Positions 23,909 to 36,892 of a DNA stretch of 64,000 nucleotides are shown here, piece after piece. Below the pieces are notes generated by a model, which was given only the letters and a program-made list of their open reading frames with translations, did no database searches and was not told the origin of the DNA. The DNA comes from Felis catus (taxonomy: Eukaryota), in assembly GCF_018350175.1 (NCBI RefSeq), contig NC_058382.1, positions 52,206,001-52,270,000 of the forward strand. Direction: 5' to 3'. A program made the translations under genes and the position numbers. Positions within the stretch are counted from its first letter, which is position 1, and every line of letters starts with the position of its first letter.

Positions 23909-24031
23909 TCTTAAGCACGCTCCATGCTCACCGTCAGAGCCCGATGTGGGGCTCGATCCCACCACCCTGGGATCTGACCTGAGCTAAAATCAAGAGTTGA
24001 TTGTTCAACTGACTGAGCCACCCAGGTGCCC
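23800..24031 (-). mobile_element. Can-SINE with expanded (GA)n
   Basis: Perfect 16-bp TSD TAAGACTTTATCTTTT at 23784-23799 and 24032-24047. Confidence 0.97.
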
Positions 24032-24117
24032 TAAGACTTTATCTTTTATCAAGTCTATTAAGTATGTTAATAAGGTTGGGGGCCTGTAGAAATCCTGGAG
24101 AGACTATGTTGAAGGAT

Positions 24118-24420
24118 TTTTTTTAGTACAATTTTAGATTTACAGAATAAGTGAGCAGATGGTACATTGAGTTCCATATGCCCACCTGACATCCCCTCAC
24201 ACACACACACACTGTTTCCTCTGTCATTAACAGCTCTCATGAGTGTGGCATATTTGTTACAACTAATAAAGCAATGCTGACATAGGATTAACTGAGTTCA
24301 CAGTTTGCATTCAGGTTCACTGTTAGTGTTGTGTATTTCATGGGATTGGGCAAAGACACGATGACGTGTATCCACCACTACGGGTTCATACAGCATAGTT
24401 TTACTGTCTTAAAAATCCCC
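24118..24420 (-). mobile_element. L1MC-like 3' end
   Basis: TTTTAGATTTACAGAA...GTGGCATATTTGTTACAACTAAT...ATGACGTGTATCCACCACTAC...CATACAGCATAGTTTTACTG. Confidence 0.85.
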
Positions 24421-24428
24421 CAGAAAGT

Positions 24429-24608
24429 TTTTTTTTTTTTTTTAAGTTTACTTATTTAATTTGAGAGGGAAGGAGAGAGAAGCCCAAGCAGGTTCCTGGC
24501 TGTCAGTGCAGAGCCTGACACGGGGCTCAAACCCATAAACTGTGAGATCATGACCTGAGCCGAGATCAAGAGTTGGAGTCCCAACCAACTGAGCCACCTA
24601 GGTGCCCC
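24429..24608 (-). mobile_element. Can-SINE inserted in L1MC
   Basis: Poly-T tail, canonical body, TSD CAGAAAGT. Confidence 0.93.
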
Positions 24609-25789
24609 CAGAAAGTGTTTTTAAAAGCGCCATCTGTTCATGTAACCATTTCCCCTAGCAAAGTCATTCTTAGAATTAAGATTCTGCAGTTTGGAGGGGT
24701 CTCAATAATGCTCAGAACAAGACATCCACATACTTCAAGATGACTCAAGCAATTGTAGTTGAATCCTGGAGGTAGAGTTTCTTGGCTACCATCTTTCCCC
24801 TTCATTTTGTAGAGAAAGAGCTGAGGACCTTGTCACAAGTCTGAGGTCCTTAAGGTCGAATCGGTATAGAAGTACTTCTTCTGTTCTTGGGACACCTGCG
24901 CCCTCTCTCCCCTTCTGTTTCTTGCCAGGGTCTCCCTTAGAGAGAGATCTTGCCCAAATGTAGCAGATCTAGCAACCAAGTCTATGAGCGTGACAGTATT
25001 TTTTTTCAATGTTTTTTGTTCTAAATATATGTAAATTTATTTTTACCCAAAATTACAGAGATCAAAGCTTTCTAGAAGTGAGGGATGGCTAATAATTTAG
25101 GTCCTGAGTTTTGTATCCATATAGTATACTTATTACTGTTGAATTCTCCTATGTAAATAAGATGTTAAACGATTTACTTTTGTGAATGAGAAAAAGCACA
25201 AAAATTTACAATCTCACAGAATAACCAGACTTTTCCTCCTGCCTGGTGAGCAGGTAGTGGTCTACACCCCAGTGCCCTTATGCATTTCCGGCTCCTGAGA
25301 ATTTGGACTGTTTGCTTCATCCATGGAGACAAATGTGTTGTCTTCCAAAGTCATGAAAGTAGTGAGCAGTTTTATCCTCGAGAGATTGTGTTGTGTTTTC
25401 TGCCCTGTGGGGGATAAAATGTCTTTATTTTAAATTGTTTTACTATTTTTATCTTAAAGGAGTTAAGGACACATAGAATATTCTTAGACCTTTTGCAGTT
25501 TCTAAAAAGAACTGGAGACTCTTTTATTGAAGAGAATTGGTTTTTAAAATGCCCCTTTCCTCCAGAAAATATTTTGAGTTGGACATAGGGCAGTAAAGCC
25601 CTAATAATCTATCATGAATGCATTCTGGAAAGCAGAAAGGGCTGGGAGTTCGGGTTATGTTCTGTCATACGTTAAGCCTAATGTGTGATTGTCTCTGGAC
25701 ATAAAGGAATATTTTATGGACTTTTTTCTTCCCTCATCCCTTTTCCTTTTTGTTTTTTCACTTTTTTTTTCCATTTTGCTCTGTTAGTC

Positions 25790-27003
25790 TTTCTTCTCCT
25801 TCATTATTTTCTTGTTCTTTTTGTAAAAATTATACTTGCACAGAGTTTATAATCAGGTAAATTCATTTTGCTTTTATATGATAAATTAAAACATTTCTTA
25901 ACACCAGTTCTGTCTCTTCATTTCTTCCTTTCTCTTTCATGGATTCGTTTGGTTTCTATAGGTATAGCTTTAACCACACTGAGATGGCTACTTCTTGATT
26001 TTCCAGTTTTAGACGTCGTCTGTGGGCTTTCCCGGAACAGTAAAGAAAATTTAGCTTTCCTTCATCCTTACACGTCTGCCTGTAGGTACATCTTTCTGTT
26101 GTCTTCTCCAACCTCTCACTAGAGTTCTATCATGAAATTTTTAAGCAATTTAGTATTTGTATTGTTGTGAATATGTAGGCATGTTCACAGATAAGCCAAA
26201 GAGCATGCCAAGATTACTTTTTCTCTCCCGCACAATAGTGTCTTTTCCTTGGTGTTAATACATGTCTTCTATTCTCATTTGCTTAGTTTTTTTTTGTTTT
26301 TTGTTGTTGTTTTTTTTACTTATTTGTCAGTAATTGTATCTCAGGTTCTCATCTGATTGTATAAATCTCTTTTCAAAAGATTTAGAAGATAGCAAGTATT
26401 CCAGTATTTTCCTGTTGAAAGAAAAGTCTCTCCTAGAGTCTTCCGGCTGACAATTTGGGCTGGTTGTCCTCTACACCTGGTGCACAAGAACGCTTTACTG
26501 TGGTTCTACCTAGAGCTAACCTTATGTTACATAATCTGGAAAATTCATTCACCTTTGTCCTGAGTTTGAGGTCCTGTTCATGTCTTTTGCTGTTTTGGTT
26601 TGTGTATTGTTTTGTAGGAGCACATCCTCCAGTAGCTTTCTGAAAAAGTAACCTATATGGACATATGTTTTTGGAACCTTTTGTGTTTCAGAATGTTCTT
26701 ATTGCCACCCTCACCTAATTGATTGTTTAGCTAGGTATCGAATTATAGATTTGGAATGAATTTTTCTTTGGGGTTTTAAGACATTAATGGTTTGTAGCTT
26801 TCAGTGTTGCTTTTGGGAAATACAAAGCCATTTGATCTTCTGTCTTTTTTATTTCTCTCTGTTTCTCTTTTGAAAGTACTAAGGGAGGCATATCTTCTAC
26901 TCTTTGCTGTTCTCCAACTAGGAAATAAAAGCCCTGAAAAGAATGCTTAGTATGGCCTCACTGTTTTTTGTTTATTATTATTATTTTTTAATGTTTATTC
27001 ATT

Positions 27004-27046
<43 letters not shown>

Positions 27047-28420
27047 GAGAAAGACAGAGAGAGAGAGATACAGAGCATGGGGGGCAGGGGAAGGGCAGAG
27101 AAAGAGGGAGACACAGAATCTGAAGCAGGCTCCAGGCTCTCAGCTGCCAGCTCAGAGCCTGACGCAGGGCTCGAATCCAAGAACCATGAGATCATGACCT
27201 GGGCTGAAGTCGGTTGCTCAACGGACTGAGCCACCCAGGTGCCCCTGCCCTCACTGTTTTTAACTTTTACATCATATGTTGTGATATGAGTCTATTTTTG
27301 TCCCTTGTGCTGGGCACTCATTGGGACCCTTTGTCTCAAAACACATATCCTTTAGTTTTTCTTTAAAAACTGGACTTTTCTTTAAATATTTCATTGATGA
27401 TTTTCTTCTCCACACCTCACCTCCTCTTTTTTCTTTTTAAAGAACTTTTTTATTCAGGTCTTTGACCTCCCAGACTCTTTCATATTTATTTTTCTCTGTT
27501 ATATTTCATCTTTGCCTTTGGTGCTACTTTTTAAGAGACTTCTTCTAGCTTTCCCATGAGTTTTTCCTTTCTGCTGGCATATTTAAATTTCTACACATTT
27601 TTGTGTTTTGTGTGCTTGGTTGGTTTTCCCACAATTCCCTTTTGCTTAATAGCATTCTATTCTTGCTTTGCGGATGAAATTTACTCTCTTACATCTGATA
27701 TTAATGATAATTGCTTTAGGTTTTCTTCTCTTCGTATAGCTTCTGTCTCCTATAAATTGCTTTTAATTGTTTGTTCTGGTCCCTGTCTTTGATGATGAAG
27801 TCTTTCCCCAGGTGATCTGTCTGTGGATGTCTATTTGTACTTAAGAGTAGGGACCCAGAAAGTTGTTGCCAACTTGGGAAGAGCTAATCAACCATGGACT
27901 GTACTGACAGGTGGTCTAGCTAGACTCTTTGTTGGGGAAATCCCTGTGTTTGAATCTTTAGGTTCTTCCTGTTGGGCGACAGGTGTGCAGAGAAGAGTCC
28001 TCAGTACTGTGTTGGAGGAGGCTACACATTTGGCTGCCAGGGTTTCTGGGAGCCAAGTGAGGGAAGAGGGTGAGTCTTCAGCCTTCAGTGCGTAAGCATT
28101 TACGTTATTTCTGTTTGCGGTGTCACACCACTGTTCTCAACAGTTTAAATTCTTTTCAGGGAATAAACTTGTATTTTCTCTGGGGTTTAGAAATGACAAA
28201 GCCCTGGCTGGATGGAGGGCAGAAATCCTCCACTTCCAGAAGTACCAGCCTCCACCAGCTTCGGAGCCTTTGGTGGTGCTGTGCTGTGAATTGCGTGACT
28301 TCTTGGCTGTCCCCATAGTTAAGGCTCAGCTTTCTTGTCTGTTAAATCACTTACTTGTTTTCCACCTGCTTTGTAAGCATCCGGGTTTTGGGTTTTTGTT
28401 TGTACTCTGTTAACTAAATG
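25790..28420 (-). mobile_element. Very old L1M/HAL1-like fragment(s), interrupted by a Can-SINE
   Basis: T-rich; GTTTAGCTAGGTATCGAATTATAGATTTGGAATGAATTTTTC...TAGCTTTCAGTGTTGCT resembles antisense ancient L1/HAL1; boundaries uncertain. Confidence 0.55.
26969..27245 (-). mobile_element. Can-SINE (SINEC_Fc-like)
   Basis: Canonical body with long (GA)n; TSD CCTCACTGTTTTT. Confidence 0.96.
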
Positions 28421-28936
28421 CATGTGTACTGAGGGGCTAGCCCCGTGGCTTCCTGTTCTTGGAGATTTGAACAGTATCTGAAAACCCGCGTCACCAGGTT
28501 GCCCCCGATGCACTACCATTCTGCCATCAGCACGATGGTGTCAGAACAGCTGTGGAACACCCTGCTCCTTCTAGTGTCGGTCCAGGGGAGCCCTTCGTAC
28601 TCCAGGATCTCCGTTCACTTTATGAAACTCAAGCATCTTCTTGGAGCTATAGATTCACCTCGGAGAAGGGGCTTTGCAGATAGCCAGAAAGGTGCTTTGG
28701 AACGTTCGAGAAACCAGGCAGAACGCCCAGTGTATTCATGTGCCTTTGACATACATCATGGCCATCCAGTAGGCCTAGCAATGCTCTCGCCGTCCTCGTC
28801 TTGCTTTTGCTGTTTCCTTTTCAACTTGAGGCTTCTGTGACAACAGAGGGATGTCAGGGTCATAGGACAGCACTGTGGCTCTGTGTGATGTCTGGGTGTC
28901 CTCCATGTGCCCTCAGAGCACAGTCAGTGGAGAGGA

Positions 28937-28938
<2 letters not shown>

Positions 28939-28979
<41 letters not shown>

Positions 28980-28980
28980 C
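28939..28980. repeat. (TG)n followed by (CG)n microsatellite
   Basis: Directly visible. Confidence 0.95.
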
Positions 28981-30604
28981 CCTTAGCTTTCATCAACTTG
29001 CCTGTCACCCATGATGCTATGCTGATTGAGTAAACTAATTCATAATCCACAGCCACTTCCCTTGGATACTTGCTTCTAGGCACATTAAATGGTCGGCGCA
29101 CAGATCCTCATTTTTCTCAACCTTCCATCTCCATATTAATTCTCAATCAATCACTGACGGCCAGCTGTCAACAGGCACCACTTTTGGTGGGACCTGATGA
29201 TGTATATCCCTTGTTTCCAGATTCCCCGCATTTCATCGTGTAAAGTAGTGCCCTGAGCAGGGTCTTAATGCTTTTTGGGTGCAGCCCCTTTGAGCTTTTG
29301 TAATGGCGAATCCAGTACAGGTACAGAAGGGAAGCAGATCTTTAAAGGGGCAGGGCATGGACGCGTGGCTTCATGGGCAGCGTTTTGGTCTATCTTTGTA
29401 TGGCTGTGCACCCAGCTAAGGGTCTATTTAATGGCCTTTTAGTCAGGATACAACCTTTGGCTCCTCAGGCTGAAGACCAAAGAGCTCTGTCTCTTTGGTC
29501 AGCATACTCATGGAGAAAGGAGTGACTTCTTGTAACCTGTCTGTCCTTAAGCTGCTTTAGTATTGGTATGACACTGATTTTGGCTTTGGAAAGTTTCCCT
29601 TTTGCTAAGAATGATAATGACCATGTTGACTCCGGCCCTGCGGGTTTAAACAGAGAAGTCTGCGTCCAGTTCCATCAGTGTTTTCTCCCTTTTTGCCTTC
29701 TTCGCTTACTCTTCTCTCCCCCTCATGCCCACCTCTTCCTCGCATGGCACCCCACCCCCTCTTTTTTTCTCCACTACCAAGAAGTTTTCTGGAATTCCAT
29801 CATTACTCTTCCTCACCACTGTCAAGTGTATCGTCCTAAGGGCAGAGGGAGAAGGTGTGCAATTAGTGCATTTCACCAGACTGAACAGAACCCTCAGCCA
29901 GGTGCAGGCGATACCGGCTTGTATTTATGAATGAATGGCAGTATTTTGACAGGATGATGAATAAACATGCTGGGCTCAGAGGACTTCTGGTGATGAGCGT
30001 TTCTTTGTGGTCTGGTAAGCGATAGGACTCCCTGCTTAATTTCTCTAAAATCTGCATTTATTAATTTTGTATTTTTTTTGGTCTGAAGGTACTTGCTTAA
30101 AGAAATATGCCATAAAAACCTAGCTCTTAATGTCCGTTTTCAAGTAATTTCCTGCAACGAGGATGATTGGGTTACCGAAATGAACCTGTTTGCCAGTGTT
30201 TCTCCACGGGTGATTGAATGTTTAGTGGGCTCTCTTCAAATGAACACAGGACATGCCGCCCACCGGAACCCTCTCTTGCCTTTCCTATTATTAGGCATCT
30301 GCGAGTCTATCCTGAGAATCTGCAGAGGATGGGCTGCTCCCACCCTCTTTCCATAGATGTAGGCTGCAAGGAGAGGGGGCCCTACGTTTTAATGAGTACC
30401 TGTATTCTTAGCACTTACCTGCTCTTTGTGCTCATTTGAAAAGCAGTAATTGAGTGAAAAGGATTCTCATCCCAGCTTCTTTACCCACTTGGTGTTTGGA
30501 TTTGCTCAAGCTTTACTTCCCGTTACTTTTTTCTTATTTATAGTGGATAAAAGCACATCAAATTCTAACTAATGTCAGGCACTAAAAGAAAACTTCTTGA
30601 GACC

Positions 30605-30860
30605 TCTGTGAAGTGGATTGGATGAACACAGGCTCTGGAGTCAGACTGCCTGTGTTCCGGTCTTGACCTTGTGGCTTCCTTGCCATGGGATCTCTGGAAA
30701 GTCACTTATCTTCCTTGAGCTCCTGATTCCCCAGGTGGAAAAGGGGATTAATAATAGTTTCACCTCATAAGGTGGTTGTGGAAAATGCATGGTGTAATGT
30801 ACCCAGAGTACTTAGGAGATTGTCTGGCGTGTAGTTAACCCCATAAGGGTTTACTCTCAC
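30605..30860 (+). mobile_element. MIR SINE, near full length
   Basis: GGCTCTGGAGTCAGACTGCCTG...AAGTCACTTA...GGGGATTAATAATAGTTTCACCTCATAAGGTGGTTGTG. Confidence 0.85.
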
Positions 30861-30899
30861 TGTTACTACGCGTACTACGATCATATCAGTCAAGTAGTT

Positions 30900-31110
30900 G
30901 AAAAGCAGTGCGTTGGAGCATACGCAGTGTTGACTTCAGAGCCACAGAACTTCTGTGGAAGCCAGTCTCCTGGACATTATAGTCCTCAACTGTAATTGGG
31001 GGATTTTAACCTTATGGGATTGCTCGAATTAAATGAGATAATTTGTGGATGTGCCTTAGTTAGCTTGTGATACATACAGGCAGACACTCAGTAAAGGTGG
31101 CCATTGATAC
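30900..31110 (+). mobile_element. MIR SINE (second adjacent copy, degenerate)
   Basis: CTGTAATTGGGGGAT...GAATTAAATGAGATAAT...ACACTCAGTAAAGG. Confidence 0.6.
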
Positions 31111-31221
31111 TGTTTTCATTAATTCTGAAAGCAGGATGGGCTATTTGGATGTCACTTCGATAATTTTTAAAGGAAGAAGTTGAGGCATTTGTCACATGCC
31201 TTTTGCTAGCTTGCTTTGGTT

Positions 31222-31709
31222 TTACCAACTTTGTTGAGGTATAATTTATGTCTAATAAATTGCATCCATCAAGACATACAACATAATGAGTTTTGACAGA
31301 TACACATACCCATGAAGTTACCACTACAATCAAGGGATAGAGCATCATCATCACCCCACAAAAATTTCTGGTGCTCACTCTGTTATCCATGCTGCTTTGC
31401 GGTCCAGATAGTGCTGGCTCTGGGAAATCACCTGTTTTCCATCCTACTGATAAATTTGCATTTCCCAGAATTTTATATAAATGAAATCCTAGAGTACATT
31501 TGCTGCATGTGGCTTCTTTCACTCAACATTATGAGTCTGTGATTCACCCATGCTGTTGCCTTTATTGGTAGCTCATTTTTTTCAGTGCTAAGTAGTACTC
31601 TGTTGTTTGAATGCCTTACATTTTGTTTATCGAATTACCTATTGATACACATTTGGGTTGGTTCCAACATTTAGCTATTTTAAATGGGGTATGAATTTGA
31701 ATAAAGCTG

Positions 31710-31756
<47 letters not shown>

Positions 31757-32052
31757 TTGTGCAGATATACATCTTCAGTTCTTTGGGGATAATTCCCTGG
31801 AGTAGAACAAGGGGGTCAACAGTGGGAATATGTTTAACATTTCCAAGGCTGACAAGCCTTCCCCTGATGCATTGGGCCAGTTCACATTCTTGGCAAATTC
31901 CAGTTCCTCTGACTTCTCAATAATGCTTGACATTGTCAGTCTTTTTAGTTTTCTATTTGAGCCTGCAGTGGTACATTGTGGTTTTATTTAATAAGTTTAC
32001 TAATGATGACTAATGATGTTGAACACCAAAAATATGCTTATTGGTATATCTT
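31222..32052 (-). mobile_element. L1ME/L1MD-like 3' fragment containing (CA)n at 31712-31754
   Basis: AACTTTGTTGAGGTATAATTTA...ACCACTACAATCAAG...TTTTATATAAATGAAATC...GGCTTCTTTCACTCAACAT. Confidence 0.85.
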
Positions 32053-32084
32053 CTTTTTCCTTTTTTTTTTTTTTTTGGTGGGGG

Positions 32085-32181
32085 CACCAGGTTTACTGAG
32101 GTATAATTCACATATCATATGATTCACCCATGAATGGTCTTTAGTGTATTTGCACGGTTGTGACCCCATTTCCACAATCAA
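32085..32181 (-). mobile_element. L1MB-like extreme 3' end
   Basis: TTTACTGAGGTATAATTCACATATCATATGATTCACCCAT. Confidence 0.7.
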
Positions 32182-32199
32182 GCTGTATCTGCTAACACT

Positions 32200-32612
32200 T
32201 GCCTTGTTGATCATTCCCACCCACTTCACTGCTGCCTCCATTCTCTTCTCCCACCATGTAAATTCAGCATGCTTGGTAATTCTGCTTTTGACCCTTTCTC
32301 TTTGTCTGGAGATCATAGTGGCTCCCAAAATTTCAACCATCGTTCCGACTCCCATATCGATACGCTCACTTCTGGATATCTGTGTGTAGTTTGATTATTC
32401 ATACCTGCATGTATCTTCTGCAAGGTCCCAGAGCTGTCTTTTCACTCCCTCCCCCATCAACCCCCTTCCCCCAGTGTCATCATATTATCCTCGCTTACAC
32501 ATCCTACCCCCTCCTATTGACAAGCCACATGGGGTTGTGTCTCTTTGTACCCTTCCAGCACCAAGCCTAGCCTAGTAGACACTGGGTAAATACTCATCTA
32601 ATGAATAAATGT
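32200..32612 (+). mobile_element. L2 LINE 3' fragment
   Basis: Ends CCAGCACCAAGCCTAG...GGTAAATACTCATCTAATGAATAAATG. Confidence 0.5.
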
Positions 32613-33520
32613 ACTTGTATTCTCCAGATTGCCAAAAATGTCCTTCACTTTTATCTTCCTTGGAAATTAATTTCGTTACTCTCTCATTAAACGTCTATGA
32701 AAATAATTCCATGCTGCAATTCATGAGGCTACTCAACAGTTGCCCTGGCAATTTCTGATTATAATTTTGGAAAGATCGCTAACCTGTGGCCTTTTGTCTT
32801 ATCTCCAGTTAAAGCTTTTCTGGAAGGAATTCAGTTTCCACCTTTCCTTAATGTTCCTTAAATGTTGTACATATCTTAAAAACGAATTCCCCATAAAACA
32901 ATATGGATTATGGCCTTGTTCCCCTGAGCAGTGTGAAAGCTTACCCGAAAGGACAAGAACGAGACTCTCTTAAAATCATGTCCAAATTTTAAAGGAATAT
33001 AAAACTTTCCATTTAAAAAATACACCTTTCTGCTTTCATCTCCTAACACACAAAGCTCAAGTCTAGTTTCACTCAGACTTGAAAATTGTTCTTTTATTAT
33101 GGCTCTGCAGTGGGAACAAAGCCAAAACCCCTAAGGTCTAGAGACAGCTTGAAAATGTCTTTGCTTCTGTGCTGTAGCTCTGTTTCATCTTAGCAAGGCA
33201 CAAGCCCAAGAGACCTCGTGTACTATGCCCATGCCGAAGAGGGTACTAAGTAGAGAAGCTCGACTCTAAAAGGTCACCTGCTACTGGAGCAGCCCATGTA
33301 ATGTCACTCCATCCCGAGAAGGGTGGTGGCAAAGAGCCATCCTAACAGAAGGCGCGGGTGGTGGGGTCGGAGCAAAGGTTGTTGGCAAGAGGAAAGCAAT
33401 ACGAGAGGGGTCATGGAGGTAAATTAACCCAGAGGTATGTCGATGTCTAGATTGGAGAATCAGGGAAGAGGGTCAGGTGTCTATGACCCAAATGTAAGAG
33501 CGAAAGAAAGGTTTGTATCT

Positions 33521-33521
<1 letters not shown>

Positions 33522-33575
<54 letters not shown>
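33522..33575. repeat. (TG)n microsatellite
   Basis: Directly visible. Confidence 0.95.
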
Positions 33576-33685
33576 TGGGGGGGTAATGGGTTAATGGGGC
33601 TAATTCAGGAGCTAGTAGAGAGTGAGAAAACATCCCAGCAGATGAGGAAAGAGGAAGACTGGGCCGTGGTGTGGGTTGAGGTTGG

Positions 33686-34083
33686 TGTATTGCATTTCTA
33701 GGGCTGCCCTAACAAAGTACAGCAGAGTGGGTGGCTTAAGCAACAGAGATTTCTTGTCTCATGGTTTTGGAAGCTATAAGTCCAAGATCAAGGTGTCAGC
33801 AGGTTTGGTTTCTTCTGCGGCCTCTCTGCTTGCCTTGTTGAGAGCCACCTTCCTGCTGTGTCCCCACGTGGTCTTTCTCTGTGTGCACATCCCTGGTATC
33901 TGTGTCCAAACTTCCTCTTCTTAAAACGACAACAGTCAGTTTGGATTAGCGGCCACCCTAATGGACTCATTTGAACTTAATCGCCTCTTTAAAGGCCCTA
34001 CCTCCAAGGACAGTCACACTCTGAGGTATTAGGGTTAGGACTTCATCATATGGATTTTGGGGGACACAACTGAGCCTGTAACA
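33686..34083 (-). mobile_element. MaLR solo LTR, MLT1A/B-like, full length
   Basis: TGTATT...CTAGGGCTGCCCTAACAAAGTAC...AAGTCCAAGATCAAGGTGTCAGCAGG...GGGGACACAAC...TAACA; TG...CA termini; about 400 bp. Confidence 0.92.
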
Positions 34084-34519
34084 ACTGGGGATGAGGCTTT
34101 TTAACAGATACTGTCACCCAACATTTATATGGGGATATGATAGTTTTCAGGAGGTATCTGTATTTCTGTCTCACTCATTCCCCACCCTGACAGGTCACGG
34201 TCAGCCGATCAGCTGATCACACTGCATTAATTGTCGTGAGATAGCCCTCGGGGATCTCTAGGCTGCCTTCACAGTCCTGCTGGATTTTGCCCCCCGCTTA
34301 GCCCTGGAGTGGCATGGGCCCCAATGGCATGCACTTCTGACATTTCTTCACCCTTCACAGATTTTCTGTCAGCCAACCCAAATTTGCAGTTGTTTCTAGT
34401 GACTGAAAATATGCTTGGTATGCAGGTGTCATGGATGAAATAGTAATGCCTTGGGGTAACAAATACGGTACAGAAATAATTCTAGTAAGTCCAGTGATTG
34501 GAAAACAACGAATCCCAAG

Positions 34520-34850
34520 TTTGAGCCATATTGATTTTTTTTTATTTCTGGGCTCAGTCTCATGCCCAGAAAATAACCCCTGTTATCATTTTTGTCTGTG
34601 TCACAGATGTGGGTTTTTTCTCTTCTGTGTATTATATGAATGCCCACATGATATATATGTCTACTTATGCATACTTTTAAATGAAACAAGATTGCACTGT
34701 GTATTTTTTATAGCCTGCTTTTTATTGAATTTAGTGATCAGTTGCAAACATTTTTCAATATCAGTAAATCTTCTTTCTTAGCATGCTCTTCAGTGGCTGG
34801 GCAATATTCTTTCATATGCATATACCATAATTTTCCCACCTACAATCTCA
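34520..34850 (-). mobile_element. Old L1ME-like fragment
   Basis: CCAGAAAATAACCCCTGTTATCA...GCCTGCTTTTTATT...ATACCATAATTT. Confidence 0.5.
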
Positions 34851-34954
34851 TCAGAGTCCTAGAAATCACCTGATATATTTCCATCACTTGTGAGGTTTGT
34901 CCCAAATAATGTGTTACTGAGAATTCTTGAAGCGCAGACATTTGTGAATTATTT

Positions 34955-35735
34955 TTCAAAAGATCCTTTTGAAATACAATCTACATACCCTATACTTCAT
35001 CCATTTAGAGTGTAGTATTCAGCGCTTTTAGTATATTCAGAGTTGTACAACCATACCCACGATCAATTTTAGAACATTTTCATTATCCCCCAAAATAACC
35101 CCATACAATCCATCTGGGACCTCTCCCTGGCTCCCAGTGTTCCCTCACTTCAGTCCTGGGCAACACTCTCTGTAGGTTTGCTCATTCTGGGCTTTTCATA
35201 TAAATGGAGTCACGCAGTCTATGGTCTTTTGTGTCTGGCTTCTTTCACAGAGCATAGTGTTTTCAAGATTCATCCATGTTTTAGCATGTTTTATTGTTGT
35301 TGTCAAATGTGATTCCATTACAGAGACATCTCACACTGCATTTGTTCATTCAGTTCATGCGCTTTTTAGCATGTTTTCGCTTTTTGGCCAGTATGAATAA
35401 TGCTGTTACGGCCAGTTGTGTTTTTGTGTGGACGTATGCTTTTCTTTCCTTTGGGTATAAACCTAGGAATGCCGTTGCTGGATCACATGTAACTCTGTGT
35501 TCTGCCGTCTGGGAAACTGCCAGACTGCTTTCCACAGCAGCTGCACCATTTTCCCTTTCCACCAGCTGTGTGTGAGCATTCCAGTGTCTCCACCTCCTCG
35601 CCAACAGTTGTCAGTGTCTATCTTTTTGACTGTGGTCATTTTAGTGGGTGTGAAGTGGTGTATCATTGTAGTTTTGGCTGGATTTCGTTGATGGCCGATC
35701 ACATGTAGCACCTTTTCATGTGGTTTATTGGATGA
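34955..35735 (-). mobile_element. L1MB-like 3' fragment with frameshifted ORF2 C-terminal remnant
   Basis: ORF-track peptides TTMIHHFTPTKM...CWRGGG..G.L.HSWWK.KMVQLLWKAVWQF and DPATAFLGLYPKE...ALFILAK match the L1 ORF2 C-terminus in two frames; typical 3' UTR follows. Confidence 0.92.
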
Positions 35736-36209
35736 GTGATTTAAAAGTAATTTTTTTGGAAGTACTTATAAGGTCAGCCCTATCCTAATGCCTGCTTCGT
35801 TCCCATGCGGTACACTGTGCCTTTTTAGGTAAATGCCAGGAGCTTTCACAGACCCTCCTGCTTCAAAATTATTACCTGCAAAATTCCGTAAAAGAACTTT
35901 TGAGGGTTCTTGTCACCCCTTGGTTTCTGAATTAGAATCTTTGTGACTGGAGTCCAGAAATCTGTTGGGATGCATAGTGTTGTTGGGGAACCATAGTTCA
36001 GAAACTTTGAGAATGTGCCTGGCCTGGCACCCTTTCATGGACAGCATCGCAGGCTGGTTGTGGTAGAGGCACCACCTTACATCCAGTCCAAATTCAGCCA
36101 CTTAGAGTGTGGTCAGCTTCCTTTAACATTCCTGCGTCTGAGTTTTCTCACCCAGAGATGATGATAAAATGATTAATTCTAGTTTGCTATGTTGGTGGTA
36201 TGGTGACAC

Positions 36210-36248
<39 letters not shown>

Positions 36249-36250
36249 TA
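36210..36250. repeat. (ATT)n microsatellite
   Basis: Directly visible. Confidence 0.95.
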
Positions 36251-36394
36251 CTATAGTGTCCTCTTTATTAATACATGTATTCCTTCTTCAGGGAAAATGT
36301 TGAGAATGTTCAAGAGAGAAACCCATGAAATCGTAGGGTGGAGAGTTCACATAAACACAAATGACCGTTTAAACTTTTAACATAGAAAGTGAGA

Positions 36395-36683
36395 GGGGTG
36401 CCTGGGTGGCTCAGTCGGTTGAGCATCCCACTTTGGCTCAGGTCATGATCTAGCAGGTCTGTGAGTTCGGGCCCCACGTTGGGCTCTGTGCTGACAGCTC
36501 AGAGCCTGGAGCCTGTTTTGGATTCTGTGTCTCTCTCTCTGTCTCTCTTCCTTGCTTGTGCTCTGTCTCTCTGTGTCTCTCTTTCTCCGTCTCAAAAAAT
36601 AACATAACATAACATAACATAACATAACATAACATAACATAACATAACATAACATAACATAACATAACATAACATATTAAAAA
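36395..36683 (+). mobile_element. Can-SINE with (AACAT)15 tail
   Basis: GGGGTGCCTGGGTGGCTCAGTCGG start; pentamer array at 36601-36675. Confidence 0.96.
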
Positions 36684-36697
36684 GAAATTCCTGGGAT

Positions 36698-36892
36698 GGG
36701 GCACCTGGGTGGCTCAGTGAGTTGAGTGCCCAACTCTTGATTTCAGCTCAGATCATGACCCAGGGTCATGGGATTGAGCCCCGTGTCAGGCTCCACACAG
36801 TGTGGAGTCTGCTTAAGACTCTGTGTCTCTGTGTCTCTCCTTCTGTCCCTCTCCCCGACTCGTGCTCTCTCACTCTCTCTCAAAAAAAGAAA
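36698..36892 (+). mobile_element. Can-SINE, directly downstream of the previous copy
   Basis: GGGGCACCTGGGTGGCTCAG...CTCTTGATTTCAGCTCAG...GCTTAAGACTCT. Confidence 0.93.

Noticed and set aside
24625..24642. CTCF-like core GCGCCATCT (also near 37339, and AGATGGCG near 62410)
   Set aside because: Only the 3' half of the motif matches; not supportable without a PWM scan or ChIP data
34207..34218. 12-bp palindrome GATCAGCTGATC
   Set aside because: Expected by chance several times in 64 kb
35350..35711. ORFs with real protein similarity (L1 ORF2 C-terminus)
   Set aside because: Frameshifted remnants of an old truncated L1, not a functional gene
36395..36490. tRNA-like A and B boxes (GGTGGCTCAGTCGG, GTTCG)
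   Set aside because: Head of a tRNA-derived Can-SINE, not a tRNA gene; the same applies to all SINE copies
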